64,000 nt of DNA from Pristiophorus japonicus (Eukaryota), in NCBI RefSeq assembly GCF_044704955.1, contig NW_027253510.1:310001-374000 (forward strand), in the 5' to 3' direction. The stretch's first letter is position 1; the number at the start of each line of letters is the position of its first letter. Below are positions 1 through 13,248 of the stretch, piece after piece. A program made the translations under genes and the position numbers. Below the pieces are notes generated by a model. That model was not told the DNA's origin, made no database searches, and saw only the letters and a list, made by a program, of their open reading frames with translations.

Positions 1-1573
1 AAAAGCAGACTGAGGCAGTGAATTCCAAAGATTTACAACCCTCTGAGAGAAGAAATTCCTCCTCATCTCATTTTTAAATGGGCGGCCCCTTATTCTAAGA
101 TCATGCCCCCTAGTTCTAGTCTCCCCCATCAGCAGAAGCATCCTCTCTGCATCCACCTTGTCAAGCCCCCTCATAATCTTAAACGCTTCGATAAGATCCC
201 CTCTCATTCTTCTGAATTCCAATGAATAGAGGCCTAACCTCCTCAGCCTTTCCTCATAAGTCAGCCCCCTCATCTCCGGAATCAACCTAGTGATCCTTCT
301 CTGAACTGCCTCCAAAGCAAGTACATCCTTTCGTAAATATGGAAAGCAAAACTGCACGCAGTACTCCAGGTGTGGCCTCACCAATACCCTGTATAACTGT
401 AGCAAGACTTCCCTGCTTTTATACTCCATCCCCTTTGCAATAAAGGCCAAGATTCCATTGACCTTCCTGATCACTTGCTGTACCTGTATACTATCCTTTT
501 GTATTTCATGCACCAGGACCCCCAGGTCTCACTGTACTGCGGCACTTTGCAATCTTTCTCCATTTAAATAATAACTTGCTCTTTGATTTTTTTTCTGCCA
601 AAGTGCATGACCTCACACTTTCCAACATTATACTCCATCTGCCAAATGTTTGCCCACTCACTTAGCCTGTCTATGTCCTTTTGCAGATTTTTTTTGTCCT
701 CCTCACTCATTGCTTTTCCTCCCATCTTTGTTTCGCTCGCAAACTTGGCTACGTTACACTCGGTCCCTTCTTCCAAGTCATTAATATAGATTGTAAATAA
801 GTGGGGTCCCAGCACTGATCCCTGCAGCACCCCACTAGTTACTGATTGCCAACCAGAGAATGAACCATTTATTCCGACTCTCTGTTTTCTGTTAGTTAGC
901 CAATCCTCTATCCATGCTAATATATCACCCCCAACCCCGTTAACTTTTATCTTGTGCAGTAACCTTTTATGTGGCACCTTGTCAAATGTCTTCTGGAAAT
1001 CCAAATACACCACATCCACAGGTTCCCCTTTATCCACCCTGTTCATTAGATCCTCAAAGAATTCCAGCAAATTTGTCAAACATGACTTCCCCTTCATAAA
1101 TCCATGCTGACTCTGCCTGACTGCATTATGTTTTTCCAAATGTCCTGCTACTGATTCTTTAACAACATTTTCCCAACCCTTTAACCAATCCTCAATCCAT
1201 GCTAGTATATTACCCCTAATCCCATCAACCCTCCTTTGTTTAATAATCTCTGGTGTGGCACCTTATCGAATGCCTTCTGAATATCCAAACTAGACCACAT
1301 TCACTGATTCCCCCGATCTATTCTGCTAGTTACCACCTCAAAAAACTCAAAACAGATTTGTCAAACACGTTTTCCCTTTCATAAATCGATGTTGACTCTG
1401 CCCAATCCTATTATTATTTTCTCAGTGCCCTTAATAATAGATTCAAGCATTTTCCCTATTACTGATGTCAGGCAAACTGGTCTGTAGTTCCCCGTTTTCT
1501 CTCTCCCTCCTTTCGTAAATAGTGGCGTAACATTAGCAACATTCCAGTCCAAGGGAACCGTTCTAGAATCTAT
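1..1573 (-). mobile_element. CR1 LINE ORF2 (RT) fragments, two abutting pieces (about 1-1175 and 1176-1573)
   Basis: ORFs 564-1139 and 1379-1627 carry CR1 RT motifs (QHGFMKGKSCLTNL, YLDFQKTFDKVPH, GVLQGSVLGP). The same RT segment occurs twice and is degenerate. Confidence 0.92.
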
Positions 1574-1589
1574 GGGACTAGACTTTCGG

Positions 1590-1838
1590 CACATCATCGC
1601 CCAATTTATCCCCCATTTATCGCCCACTTATAGCCCATTTACGCCTATTGATCGCCCATTTATCACCCATTTATCGCCCATTTATCACCCATTTATTGCC
1701 CATTTATCGCCCATTTATCGCCCATTTATCGCCCATTTATCACCCATTTATCGCCCATTTATCACCCATTTATCGCCCATTTATCACCCATTTATCGCCC
1801 ATTTATCGCCCATTTATCACCCATTTATCGCCCATTTA
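1590..1838. repeat. 11-bp minisatellite (CCATTTATCGC)n, about 22 copies
   Basis: Directly visible. Single copies recur at about 1895-1910 and 2030-2048. Confidence 0.97.
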
Positions 1839-2146
1839 ATGCTGAGATACAGGCTATTGCCCATTTTTGCCAGAAAGTGGAAACTAGCACCCGATTATCG
1901 CCCATTTATCGCCGGCCAAACTTTTGGCACACATGAATGTGCTGCATCGCCCGGCTTAAGTTTAAAAAATATATGAAGTCATCTGCGTGCCAGGCCGAGA
2001 ATAGTGCTGAAACTGGAAACTTGTGCCCGATTATCGCCCATTTATCGCCACCGCAACTTCCGGCATTTCGCCCACACTTCGCCGAAATGGTCGCTGGTCG
2101 AAAAAGTCGCTGAAAAAAAGCTGCACTCACCTGACCTTAAGTCGGT

Positions 2147-5100
2147 GCTACTCGGCAATATTCGGCAGTACTCGGCAATACACGGCAATACTCGGCAGTA
2201 CTCGGCAATACTTGGCAGTACTCGGAAATACTCGGCAGTACTCGGCAAGACTCGGCAGTACTCGGAAATACTCGGCAGTACTCGGCAGTACTCGGCAGTA
2301 CTCGGAAATACTCGGCAGTACTCGGCAATACTCGGCAATACTCGGCAGTACTCGGCAGTACTCGGCAAGACTCGGCAGTACTCGGAAATACTCGGCAGTA
2401 CTCGGCAGTACTCGGCAATACTCGGCAGTACTCGGCAGTACTCGGCAATACTCGGCAGCACTCGGAAATACTCGGCAATACTCGGCAGTACTCGGCAGTA
2501 CTCGGCAATACTCGGCAGTACTCGGAAATACTCGGCAATACTCGGCAGTAGTCGGCAGTACTCGGCAATACTCGGCAGTCATCGGCAGTACTTGGCAATA
2601 CTCGGCAGTACTCGGCAGGACTCAGCAGTACTCGGCAGTACTCGGCAGTACTCGGCAGTACTCTGCAATACTCGGCTACTCGGCAATACTCGGCAGTACT
2701 CTGCAATACTCGGCAATACTCGGCAGGACTCAGCAGTACTCGGCAGTACTCGGCAGTACTCTGCAATACTCGGCAATACTCGGCAATACTCGGCAGTACT
2801 CAGCAATACTCGGCAGTACTCTGCAATACTTGGCAGTACTCGGCAATACTCGGCAGTACTCAGCAATACTCGGCAGTACTCTGCAATACTTGGCAATACT
2901 CGGCAATACTCGGCAGTACTCTGCAATACTTGGCAATACTCGGCAATACTCGGCAGTAATCTGCAATACTCGGCAGTACTCGGCAGTACTCGGCAATACT
3001 CGGCAGTACTCGGCAATACTCGGCAGTACTCTGCAATACTCTGCAGTACTCGGCAATACTCGGCAGTACTCGGCAGTACTCGGCAGTACTCTGCAATACT
3101 CGGCCGTACTCAGCAATACTCGGCAGTACTCGGCAGTACTCTGCAATACTCGGCAGTACTCGGCAATACTCGGCAGTACTCGGCAGTACTCGGCAATACT
3201 CTGCAATACTCGGCAGTACTCGGCAATACTCGGCAGTACTCGGCAGTACTCGGCAATACTCGGCAGTACTCGGCAGTACTCGGCAGTACTCTGCAATACT
3301 CGGCAGTACTCGGCAATACTCGGCAGTACTCGGCAGTACTCTGCAATACTCGGCAGTACTCGGCAATACTCGGCAGTACTCGGCAGTACTCGGCAATACT
3401 CGGCAGTACTCTGCAATACTCGGCAGTACTCGGCAATACTTGGCAATACTCGGCAGTACTCGGCAGTACTCGGCAATACTCGGCAGTACTCGGCAGTACT
3501 CGGCAATACTCGGCAGTACTCTGCAATACTCGGCAGTACTCGGCAATACTCGGCAGTACTCGGCAATACTCGGCAGTACTCGGCAATACTCGGCAATACT
3601 CGGCAGTACTCGGCAATACTCGGCAATACTCGGCAATACTCGGCAGTACTCGGCAATACTCGGCAGTACTCGGCAATACTCGGCAATACTCGGCAGTACT
3701 CGGCAATATTCGGCAATACTCGGCAATACTCGGCAATACTCGGCAGTACTCTGCAATACTCGGCAGTACTCGGCAATACTCGGCAATACTCGGCAGTACT
3801 CTGCAATACTCGGCAATACTTGGCAGTACTCGGCAATACTCGGCAGTACTCGGCAATACTCGGCAATACTCGACAATACTCGGCAGTACTCTGCAATACT
3901 CGGCAGTACTCGGCAATACTCGGCAATACTCGGCAATACTCGACAATACTCGGCAGTACTCGGCAGTACTCGGCAATACTCGGCAGTACTCGGCAATACT
4001 CGGCAATACTCGGCAATACTCGGCAATACTCGGCAGTACTCTGCAATACTCGGCAGTACTCGGCAATACTCGGCAATACTCGGCAGTACTCGGCAATACT
4101 CGGCAATACTCGGCAATACTCGGCAGTACTCGGCAATACTCGGCAGTACTCGGCAATACTCGGCAATACTCGGCAATACTCGGCAATACTCGGCAGTACT
4201 CGGCAATACTCGGCAATACTCGGCAATACTCGACAATACTCGGCAGTACTCTGCAATACTCGGCAGTACTCGGCAATACTCGGCAATACTCGGCAGTACT
4301 CTGCAATACTCGGCAATACTCGGCAGTACTCAGCAATACTCGGCAATACTCAGCAGTACTCGGCAATACTCGACAATACTCGGCAGTACTCTGCAATACT
4401 CGGCAGTACTCGGCAGTACTCGGCAATACTCGGCAATACTCGGCAGTACTCGGCAATACTCGGCAATACTCGGCAATACTCGACAATACTCGGCAGTACT
4501 CTGCAATACTCGGCAGTACTCGGCAATACTCGGCAGTACTCTGCAATACTCGGCAGTACTCGGCAATACTCGGCAATACTCGGCAGTACTCGGCAGTACT
4601 CGGCAATACTCGGCAGTACTCGGCAATACTCGGCAGTACTCTGCAATACTCGGCAGTACTCGGCAATACTCGGCAGTACTCGGCAATACTCGGCAATACT
4701 CGGCAGTACTCGGCAATACTCGGCAGTACTCGGCAAGACTCGGCAGTACTCGGAAATACTCGGCAGTACTCTGCAATACTCGGCAGTACTCGGCAATACT
4801 CGGCAATACTCGGCAGTACTCGGCAGTACTCGGCAAGACTCGGCAGTACTCGGAAATACTCGGCAGTACTCGGCAGTACTCGGCAATACTCGGCAGTACT
4901 CGGCAGTACTCGGCAATACTCGGCAGCACTCGGAAATACTCGGCAATACTCGGCAGTACTCGGCAGTACTCGGCAATACTCGGCAGTACTCGGAAATACT
5001 CGGCAATACTCGGCAGTAGTCGGCAGTACTCGGCAATACTCGGCAGTCATCGGCAGTACTTGGCAATACTCGGCAGTACTCGGCAGGACTCAGCAGTACT

Positions 5101-8100
5101 CGGCAGTACTCGGCAGTACTCGGCAGTACTCTGCAATACTCGGCTACTCGGCAATACTCGGCAGTACTCTGCAATACTCGGCAATACTCGGCAGGACTCA
5201 GCAGTACTCGGCAGTACTCGGCAGTACTCTGCAATACTCGGCAATACTCGGCAATACTCGGCAGTACTCAGCAATACTCGGCAGTACTCTGCAATACTTG
5301 GCAGTACTCGGCAATACTCGGCAGTACTCAGCAATACTCGGCAGTACTCTGCAATACTTGGCAATACTCGGCAATACTCGGCAGTACTCTGCAATACTTG
5401 GCAATACTCGGCAATACTCGGCAGTAATCTGCAATACTCGGCAGTACTCGGCAGTACTCGGCAATACTCGGCAGTACTCGGCAATACTCGGCAGTACTCT
5501 GCAATACTCTGCAGTACTCGGCAATACTCGGCAGTACTCGGCAGTACTCGGCAGTACTCTGCAATACTCGGCCGTACTCAGCAATACTCGGCAGTACTCG
5601 GCAGTACTCTGCAATACTCGGCAGTACTCGGCAATACTCGGCAGTACTCGGCAGTACTCGGCAATACTCTGCAATACTCGGCAGTACTCGGCAATACTCG
5701 GCAGTACTCGGCAGTACTCGGCAATACTCGGCAGTACTCGGCAGTACTCGGCAGTACTCGGCAGTACTCTGCAATACTCGGCAGTACTCGGCAATACTCG
5801 GCAGTACTCGGCAGTACTCTGCAATACTCGGCAGTACTCGGCAATACTCGGCAGTACTCGGCAGTACTCGGCAATACTCGGCAGTACTCTGCAATACTCG
5901 GCAGTACTCGGCAATACTTGGCAATACTCGGCAGTACTCGGCAGTACTCGGCAATACTCGGCAGTACTCGGCAGTACTCGGCAATACTCGGCAGTACTTT
6001 GCAATACTCGGCAGTACTCGGCAATACTCGGCAGTACTCGGCAATACTCGGCAGTACTCGGCAATACTCGGCAATACTCGGCAGTACTCGGCAATACTCG
6101 GCAATACTCGGCAATACTCGGCAGTACTCGGCAATACTCGGCAGTACTCGGCAATACTCGGCAATACTCGGCAGTACTCGGCAATACTCGGCAATACTCG
6201 GCAATACTCGGCAATACTCGGCAGTACTCTGCAATACTCGGCAGTACTCGGCAATACTCGGCAATACTCGGCAGTACTCTGCAATACTCGGCAATACTTG
6301 GCAGTACTCGGCAATACTCGGCAGTACTCGGCAATACTCGGCAATACTCGACAATACTCGGCAGTACTCTGCAATACTCGGCAGTACTCGGCAATACTCG
6401 GCAATACTCGGCAATACTCGGCAATACTCGACAATACTCGGCAGTACTCGGCAGTACTCGGCAATACTCGGCAGTACTCGGCAATACTCGGCAGTACTCG
6501 GCAATACTCGGCAATACTCGGCAGTACTCTGCAGTACTCGGCAATACTCGGCAGTACTCGGCAATACTCGGCAATACTCGGCAGTACTCGGCAATACTCG
6601 GCAATACTCGGCAGTACTCGGCAATACTCGGCAGTACTCGGCAATACTCGGCAATACTCGGCAATACTCGGCAATACTCGGCAGTACTCGGCAATACTCG
6701 GCAATACTCGGCAATACTCGACAATACTCGGCAGTACTCTGCAATACTCGGCAGTACTCGGCAATACTCGGCAATACTCGGCAGTACTCTGCAATACTCG
6801 GCAATACTCGGCAGTACTCAGCAATACTCGGCAATACTCGGCAGTACTCGGCAATACTCGACAATACTCGGCAGTACTCTGCAATACTCGGCAGTACTCG
6901 GCAGTACTCGGCAATACTCGGCAATACTCGGCAGTACTCGGCAATACTCGGCAATACTCGGCAATACTCGACAATACTCGGCAGTACTCTGCAATACTCG
7001 GCAGTACTCGGCAATACTCGGCAGTACTCTGCAATACTCGGCAGTACTCGGCAATACTCGGCAATACTCGGCAGTACTCGGCAGTACTCGGCAATACTCG
7101 GCAGTACTCGGCAATACTCGGCAGTACTCTGCAATACTCGGCAGTACTCGGCAATACTCGGCAGTACTCGGCAATACTCGGCAATACTCGGCAGTACTCG
7201 GCAATACTCGGCAATACTCGGCAATACTCGGCAGTACTCGGAAATACTCGGCAGTACTCGGCAATACTCGGCAATACTCGGCAATACTCGGCAGTACTCG
7301 GCAATACTCGGCAATACTCGGCAATACTCGGCAATACTCGACAATACTCGGCAGTACTCTGCAATACTCGGCAGTACTCGGCAATACTCGGCAATACTCG
7401 GCAGTACTCTGCAATACTCGGCAATACTCGGCAGTACTCGGCAATACTCGGCAATACTCGGCAGTACTCGGCAATACTCGGCAATACTCGGCAATACTCG
7501 ACAATACTCGGCAGTACTCTGCAATACTCGGCAGTACTCGGCAATACTCGGCAACACTCGGCAATACTCGGCAATACTCGGCAATACTCGACAATACTCG
7601 GCAGTACTCGGCAGTACTCGGCAATACTCGGCAGTACTCTGCAGTACTCGGCAATACTCGGCAGTACTCGGCAATACTCGGCAATACTCGGCAATACTCG
7701 GCAGTACTCGGCAGTACTCGGCAATACTCGGCAATACTCGGCAATACTCGGCAATACTCGGCAGTACTCGGCAGTACTCGGCAATACTCGGCAGTACTCG
7801 GCAATACTCGGCAATACTCTGCAATACTCTGCAGTACTCGGCAATACTCGGCAGTACTCGGCAATACTCGGCAGTACTCGGCAATACTCGGCAGCACTCG
7901 GCAACACTCGGCAGTACTCGGCAATACTCGGCAATACTCGGCAGTACTCGGCAATACTCGGCAATACTCGGCAATACTCGACAATACTCGGCAGTACTCT
8001 GCAATACTCGGCAGTACTCGGCAATACTCGGCAACACTCGGCAATACTCGGCAATACTCGGCAATACTCGGCAGCACTCGGAAATACTAGCCAGTACTCG

Positions 8101-8505
8101 GCAATACTCGGCAGTACTCGGCAATACTCGGCAGTACTCGGCAGTACTCGGCAATACTCGGCAATACTCGGCAATACTCGGCAGTACTCGGCAGTACTCG
8201 GAAATACTCGGCAATACTCGGCAATACTCGGCAATACTCGGCAATACTCGGCAGTACTCGGCAATACTCAGCAGTACTCGGCAATACTCGGCAATACTCG
8301 GCAATACTCGGCAATACTCGGCAGTACTCGGCAATACTCGGCAGCACTCGGCAATACTAGCCAGTACTCGGCAATACTCGGCAATACTCGGCAGTACTCG
8401 GCAATACTCGGCAGCACTCGGCAATACTCGGCAATACTCGGCAATACTCGGCAATACTCGACAATACTCGGCAGTACTCGGCAATACTCGGCAGTACTCG
8501 GCACT
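2147..8505. repeat. 10-bp satellite (CTCGGCA[G/A]TA)n, about 635 units, with a 2468-bp higher-order duplication
   Basis: Directly visible. Rare variants recur exactly 2468 bp apart (for example the shortened unit CTCGGCTACT at 2671 and 5139). Confidence 0.99.
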
Positions 8506-8676
8506 ACCGACGCCTTTTCGACAGTCGGAGGATCTGTACTGAAAGGCTGCTTCAAGTGTTTGTGAGGAGAATCAATCTCTGAGTGATTTTAAGGGCCTTT
8601 TTGACCCTTGCCAATCATCGAATCACATTTGTATCTGTTGAGGACAAATGAAGGGCATTTCTAGTGATTGATAGTG

Positions 8677-10640
8677 ATGGGCCTGTAATTTCTCAGCCAG
8701 TATTGGTCACTAATCACATGCTGCAGACTGACGATGGGAGAAGGTATATTGAAGAGCATTATGTGTCCAATCAAAGAGTTGGCAGACTGGTGCAGAGGAG
8801 GAGACCTTACACCCAACGCATTTACAGGGAAAAGTGATCATAGCTGAACTTGTCCGATAACATGTGCGTTAGGAGGCTGCGCTTCCGAAAGGAGGACATC
8901 AGTGAGATAGAAACATATAGAAACATAGAAACATAGAAAATAGGTGCAGGAGTAGGCCATTCGGCCCTTCTAGCCTGCACCGCCATTCAATGAGTTTATG
9001 GCTGAACATTCAACTTCAGTACCCCATTCCTGCTTTCTCGCCATACCCCTTGATTGCCCTAGTAGTAAGGACTTCATCTAACTCCTTTTTGAATATATTT
9101 AGTGAATTGGCCTCAACTACTTTCTGTGGTAGAGAATTCCACAGGTTCACCACTCTCTGGGTGAAGAAGTTCCTCCGCATCTCGGTCCTAAATGGCTTAC
9201 CCCTTATCCTTAGACTGTGACCTCTGGTTCTGGACTTCCCCAACATTGGGAACATTCTTCCTGCATCTAACCTGTCTAACCCCGTCAGAATTTTAAATGT
9301 TTCTATGAGGTCCCCTCTCATTCTTCTGAACTCCAGTGAATACAAGCCCAGTTGATCCAGTCTTTCTTGATAGGTCAGTCCCGCCATTCCCGGGAATCAG
9401 TCTGGTGAACCTCCGCTGCACTCCCTCAATAGCAAGAATGTCCTTCCTCAGGTTAGGAGACCAAAACTGTACACAATACTCCAGGTGTGGCCTCACCAAT
9501 GCCCTGTACAACTGTAGCAACACCTCCCTGCCCCTGTACTCAAATCCCCTTGCTATGAAGGCCAACATGCCATTTGCTTTCTTAACCGCCTGCTGCACCT
9601 GCATGCCAACCTTCAATGACTGATGTACCATGACACCCAGGTCTCTTTGCACCTCCCCTTTTCCTAATCTGTCACCATTCAGATAATAGTCTGTCTCTCT
9701 GTTTTTACCACCAAAGTGGATAACCTCACATTTATCCACATTATACTTCATCTGCCATGCATTTGCCCACTCACCTGACCTATCCAAGTCGCTCTGCAGC
9801 CTCACAGCATCCTCCTCGCAGCTCACACTGCCACCCAACTTATGCCAGCTCATCAAGGGAGATCTGCAGTCTACCAGCACCATCAGGACTGCACTGCCTG
9901 TTGAGGTTAAGGTTACTGCGGCACTTTCCTTCTACGCATCGGGCTCCTTTCAAACCTCAGCTGGCGACATTTGCGGAAGCTATCAGCATGCCCGACACAC
10001 ACTGCTCCATTCGACAGGTGACTGAAGCCCTTTACGCACTCAGGATGGACTTTATAAACTTCCCTATGACCAGGAAGGCACAGATTGAGAGGGCTTTGGG
10101 TTTCTCGCAAATAGAAAACTTCCTCAAGGTGCAGGGAGCAATAGACTGTACGCACATCGCCCTGCGAGCACCTTTTCAGGATGTAGAGATACTTTGGAAG
10201 CGAAAAGGATTCCACTCCCTGAACGTGCAGCTCGTTGTCAACCACAAGCAAATAATCCTGGCAATAAATGCAATTATCCAGGCAGCATCCATGATGCACA
10301 CATCTTGCATGGGAGCACTGTCTCTGACCTGTTTAAGAGTCAGCCACAAGGTCACGGTTGGATGCTGGGGGATAAAGGATATGACCTTGCCAGCTGGCTC
10401 ATGACCCCCCTGCGTAAGGCCCAGACGGAAGCTGAGAAGTGCTACAATGAAAGCCATATAGCGACATGCAATGTCGTTAGAAAGACAATTGGAGTGCTTA
10501 AACAGCGCTTCAGATGCCTGGACCACTCAGGAGGTAACCTGCAATACCACCCTGAGCAGGTCGCGGAGCTTATTGTGGTGTGCTGCATGTTGTAGAACCT
10601 AGCTGTCAGGAGAGGACAACAATTGCAGATGGGACCACCA
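8677..10640 (+). pseudogene. Harbinger/HARBI1-like DDE transposase pseudogene, split by a CR1 insertion at 8909-9841
   Basis: RRRPYTQRIYR...CVRRLRFRKEDISEI | CQLIKGDLQ...VKVTAALSFYASGSFQ; [15 protein letters not shown]; [12 protein letters not shown]; YPGSIHDAHIL; WMLGDKGY; TIGVLKQRFRCLDHSGG. Stops and frameshifts present. Confidence 0.93.
8909..9841 (-). mobile_element. 5'-truncated CR1 LINE 3' fragment
   Basis: ORFs 9293-9883 and 9016-9387 (RPHLEYCVQFWSP, FFTQRVVNLWNSLP). (AGAAACAT)n tail at about 8909-8937. Confidence 0.95.
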
Positions 10641-10649
10641 AAACTATCC

Positions 10650-11690
10650 GCTCCATGCCCTCCGATATTCATGTGGACATTGCGGCAGTGTTTCCGGTCA
10701 ACCCACCAATCGCCTGGAGCAGTTGTCGACCGATATGGACACTGTCCCTGGACAGTGCCACCAGGTCCTCAGTAGGATCTGCCTGTCGCAGTGCATGCCT
10801 ATCTCGCCGAATCAACCTCCGTGGGGTCAGCGTGGGCACTGTGCACCTTGGAGTGGCCTGCTGCAAGCCGCTTGGCCCCGCTACTTCATCCACCCATGAA
10901 GACGTGGCCGCAGGTACAACAGATGACAATTGGTCATCTTCCTCCTCCTCAGTAGTCTCCTCTGGACCCGTGGTGATGACCACCTGCAATGGCACAGGCG
11001 TCCGTGGAGGGGACTCCCTTCGCACCTCGGGAGTCTCGGGACCTGCAAATCATCATTGAGGTTATTGGAACAGAAGGGTAGACAGGAGAATGCTTGCGCT
11101 GTACTGGCATATGTACAAGGAGCAACATTACTGCAATAAATGTGAACAAGAGACGTTACATATGATTACATCATTATGGTTGTACATCTATGCCCCAGAG
11201 AGCTGTGGAGGCTGGGTCATTGAATATATTTAAGGCAGAGATAGACAGACTTTTGAGCGATAAGGGAGTAAAGGTTTATGGGGAGCGAGAAGGGAAGTGG
11301 AGCTGAGTCCATGATCAGATCAGCCATGATCGTATTGAATGGCAGAGCAGGCTCGAGGGGCCGTATGGCCCACTCCTGCTCCTATTTCTTATGTTCTTAT
11401 GTTCTTTAACTGAGAGTACTACAGAAGCTGCATGCACAACATGGCATTATTATTATATTATAATGAAATGCCATTAAATGACTTTAAATGACTCTGGTTT
11501 ACCACTGCTTTACACATTAGTCACGCTGTACAACAACGGGACCTGCACCACCGAGGGTGGCAGAGCGACTGTGACTGCCCACTAGTGCTGCAGCACATTC
11601 TGCCAAGTCAGTCAGGGTCTGTATATCAGCAGGGCCTCCTCCGGTGTGCCTCTGGTCCGCCTGATTCGTGGATATCTTCCTCTGCATGGC
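10650..11690 (-). pseudogene. Harbinger accessory Myb/SANT-like DNA-binding gene remnant (internal and 3' exons)
   Basis: QRKISTNQADQRHTGGGPADIQTLTDLAECAAALVG (11517-11690) and an acidic low-complexity exon (10669-11045) convergent with the transposase. This is the typical two-gene Harbinger layout. Confidence 0.7.
11187..11405 (+). mobile_element. Short CR1 3'-end fragment
   Basis: PQRAVEAGSLNIFKAEIDR-like coding end, conserved 3' UTR and (TTCTTATG)n tail. Confidence 0.88.
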
Positions 11691-11804
11691 ATAAACTAAT
11701 TGACTAGGTACTATTACGGAAAGACAATAAATTCTAATGTTACATGCTAATACGGTTTGTATCCACAATGGATGCATGGTTATAACATCTACGTTCAGAG
11801 AAAA

Positions 11805-11982
11805 TATTTGGACTTGCAAAAGGCTTTTGACAAGGTCCCACACAAGAGATTGGTGTACAAAATTAAAGCACGTGGTATTGGGGGTAATGTATTGACGTGG
11901 ATAGAGAACTGGTTGGCAGACAGGAAGCAGAGAGTCGGGATAAACGGGTCCTTTTTAGAATGGCAGGCAGTGACCAGTGGGG
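11805..11982 (+). mobile_element. CR1 RT fragment, cut by the LTR element that starts at 11983
   Basis: YLDLQKAFDKVPHKRL...WQAVTSGV, then an abrupt switch to unrelated sequence. Confidence 0.9.
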
Positions 11983-13248
11983 TGAAAGGTCAAAATTCAC
12001 TGGAAACCGCCCCCCCCCTCCCCCGCCCCACCACCCCCCCTCCCCCGGCCACTGTTTGGGCTCATTGGAAAGGAAATTTAATTTGGGACTATCGACCAGA
12101 AAGTTGAAATCCTGAAGTGCTTATGGAAGAAACCACGAACTTTAATCGAATTTTGGACTTTTACAAGACAAATTCAAGTCTGTGGGCAGGCCTCAAAGAA
12201 CTGAAGGAGCCAACTTGATTATTGGAACTGTCTGGGTGTTGGGGCTAACGTAAAGTGTCTGGAGAAATAGATATTCGAAAACCCTTCTCCAGAAGAGACA
12301 TTAATATTACAACACTAACTCAGAGATGGCCAGCAATCCAACCGAATTGAGAAAAGCCATCTTCGGCACGCATAAAAACAAAAGGGCCCACTACAGCCTG
12401 TATGCAAAAACCAAGCACAAAAGGACATTTCGATTACCAAGCCAATATTTTCCATCAGGAAACAGATTTCGAAGAGCAACCCACCCAAGACATGCAAACT
12501 TTTAACGAGCCCGCCAAAATATTACAAAGTAATGTCAAGCCTGCCAAATTCAAACAAAGAATTCTGGACTTATTTGGCATGCAGATTAGGACAGCTCAAA
12601 CCATATAACTGGCCCCTGTTTTAACAGAGGCTAGGTTGCTACTACCTCAGGAGACACTGAGTATGCTATGCGTGTATACCATACTACGACTGTGCCATCA
12701 AGAAGGGAGAGAGAGCAACGCAACAGTTGAAAACTAACTTCTCCAGCCTCGAAGTCCTGAAGTCCAAAAGGGAAGGAAGGAGATCACCATCGTGGCAGCA
12801 ACTGACCGCAGCCAACGTGGTACCAATAAAAGCCACCGAGATCGACCAAACTCAAAACAAAACTCCAACGGAAAGAAACCGAAGAATCGAAAGTTTCCAC
12901 TCTACAAGCTGTTCCTGAGCTACCAATGGATAAAACATTACCTAAAGTACTGTAAAAACCTACTTCTAATGATAGAAAATGGGTACTTACCCCACAAATC
13001 CAAAACGTGCCTTTCCACATCAGCGGACTCAGACCAACTGAAGATTGTGCAGTAAGAAGTCCTCTCCGATGTTCGGGGTGTGACAAGCAGAACCTACAGA
13101 ACTCAACGAACACCAAAATCGTGAACTACCGCTAACTGACCAGAAAGGATTGGTAAGCATAGTCCCTGCCTGCCCTGGAGTCTAACCTAGCTAGGCTTAG
13201 GTACTAGGAGGTGGGAGGTGTAATTTTTACTGTAACCATCTTTGAATG

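Larger units (their letters stand above)
1574..11760 (+). mobile_element. Decayed PIF/Harbinger DNA transposon (transposase +, Myb/SANT-like gene -), carrying tandem repeats and CR1 insertions
   Basis: Probable terminus GGGACTAGACTTTCGG at about 1574, GC-rich subterminal sequence, HARBI1-like transposase 8677-10640 and convergent Myb/SANT-like remnants 10650-11690. Right end not found. Confidence 0.75.

Noticed and set aside
1572-1976. HLSPIYRPFIA-repeat ORFs
   Set aside because: Translation of the 11-bp minisatellite.
2147-8505. CRISPR-like or information-coding array
   Set aside because: No unique spacers and a eukaryotic TE context. The G/A pattern is explained by slippage and block duplication.
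2004-8565. Very long ORFs (up to 2028 aa) on both strands
   Set aside because: Artefact of a stop-free 10-mer repeat. All frames give the same decapeptide and indels shift frames freely.
8677-10640. Host HARBI1 gene
   Set aside because: Stops, frameshifts, a CR1 insertion and several similar remnants in the window indicate TE copies.
12315-13116. Short ORFs in the long LTR as viral accessory genes
   Set aside because: Short, in mixed frames and without recognisable motifs; cannot be supported from one copy.
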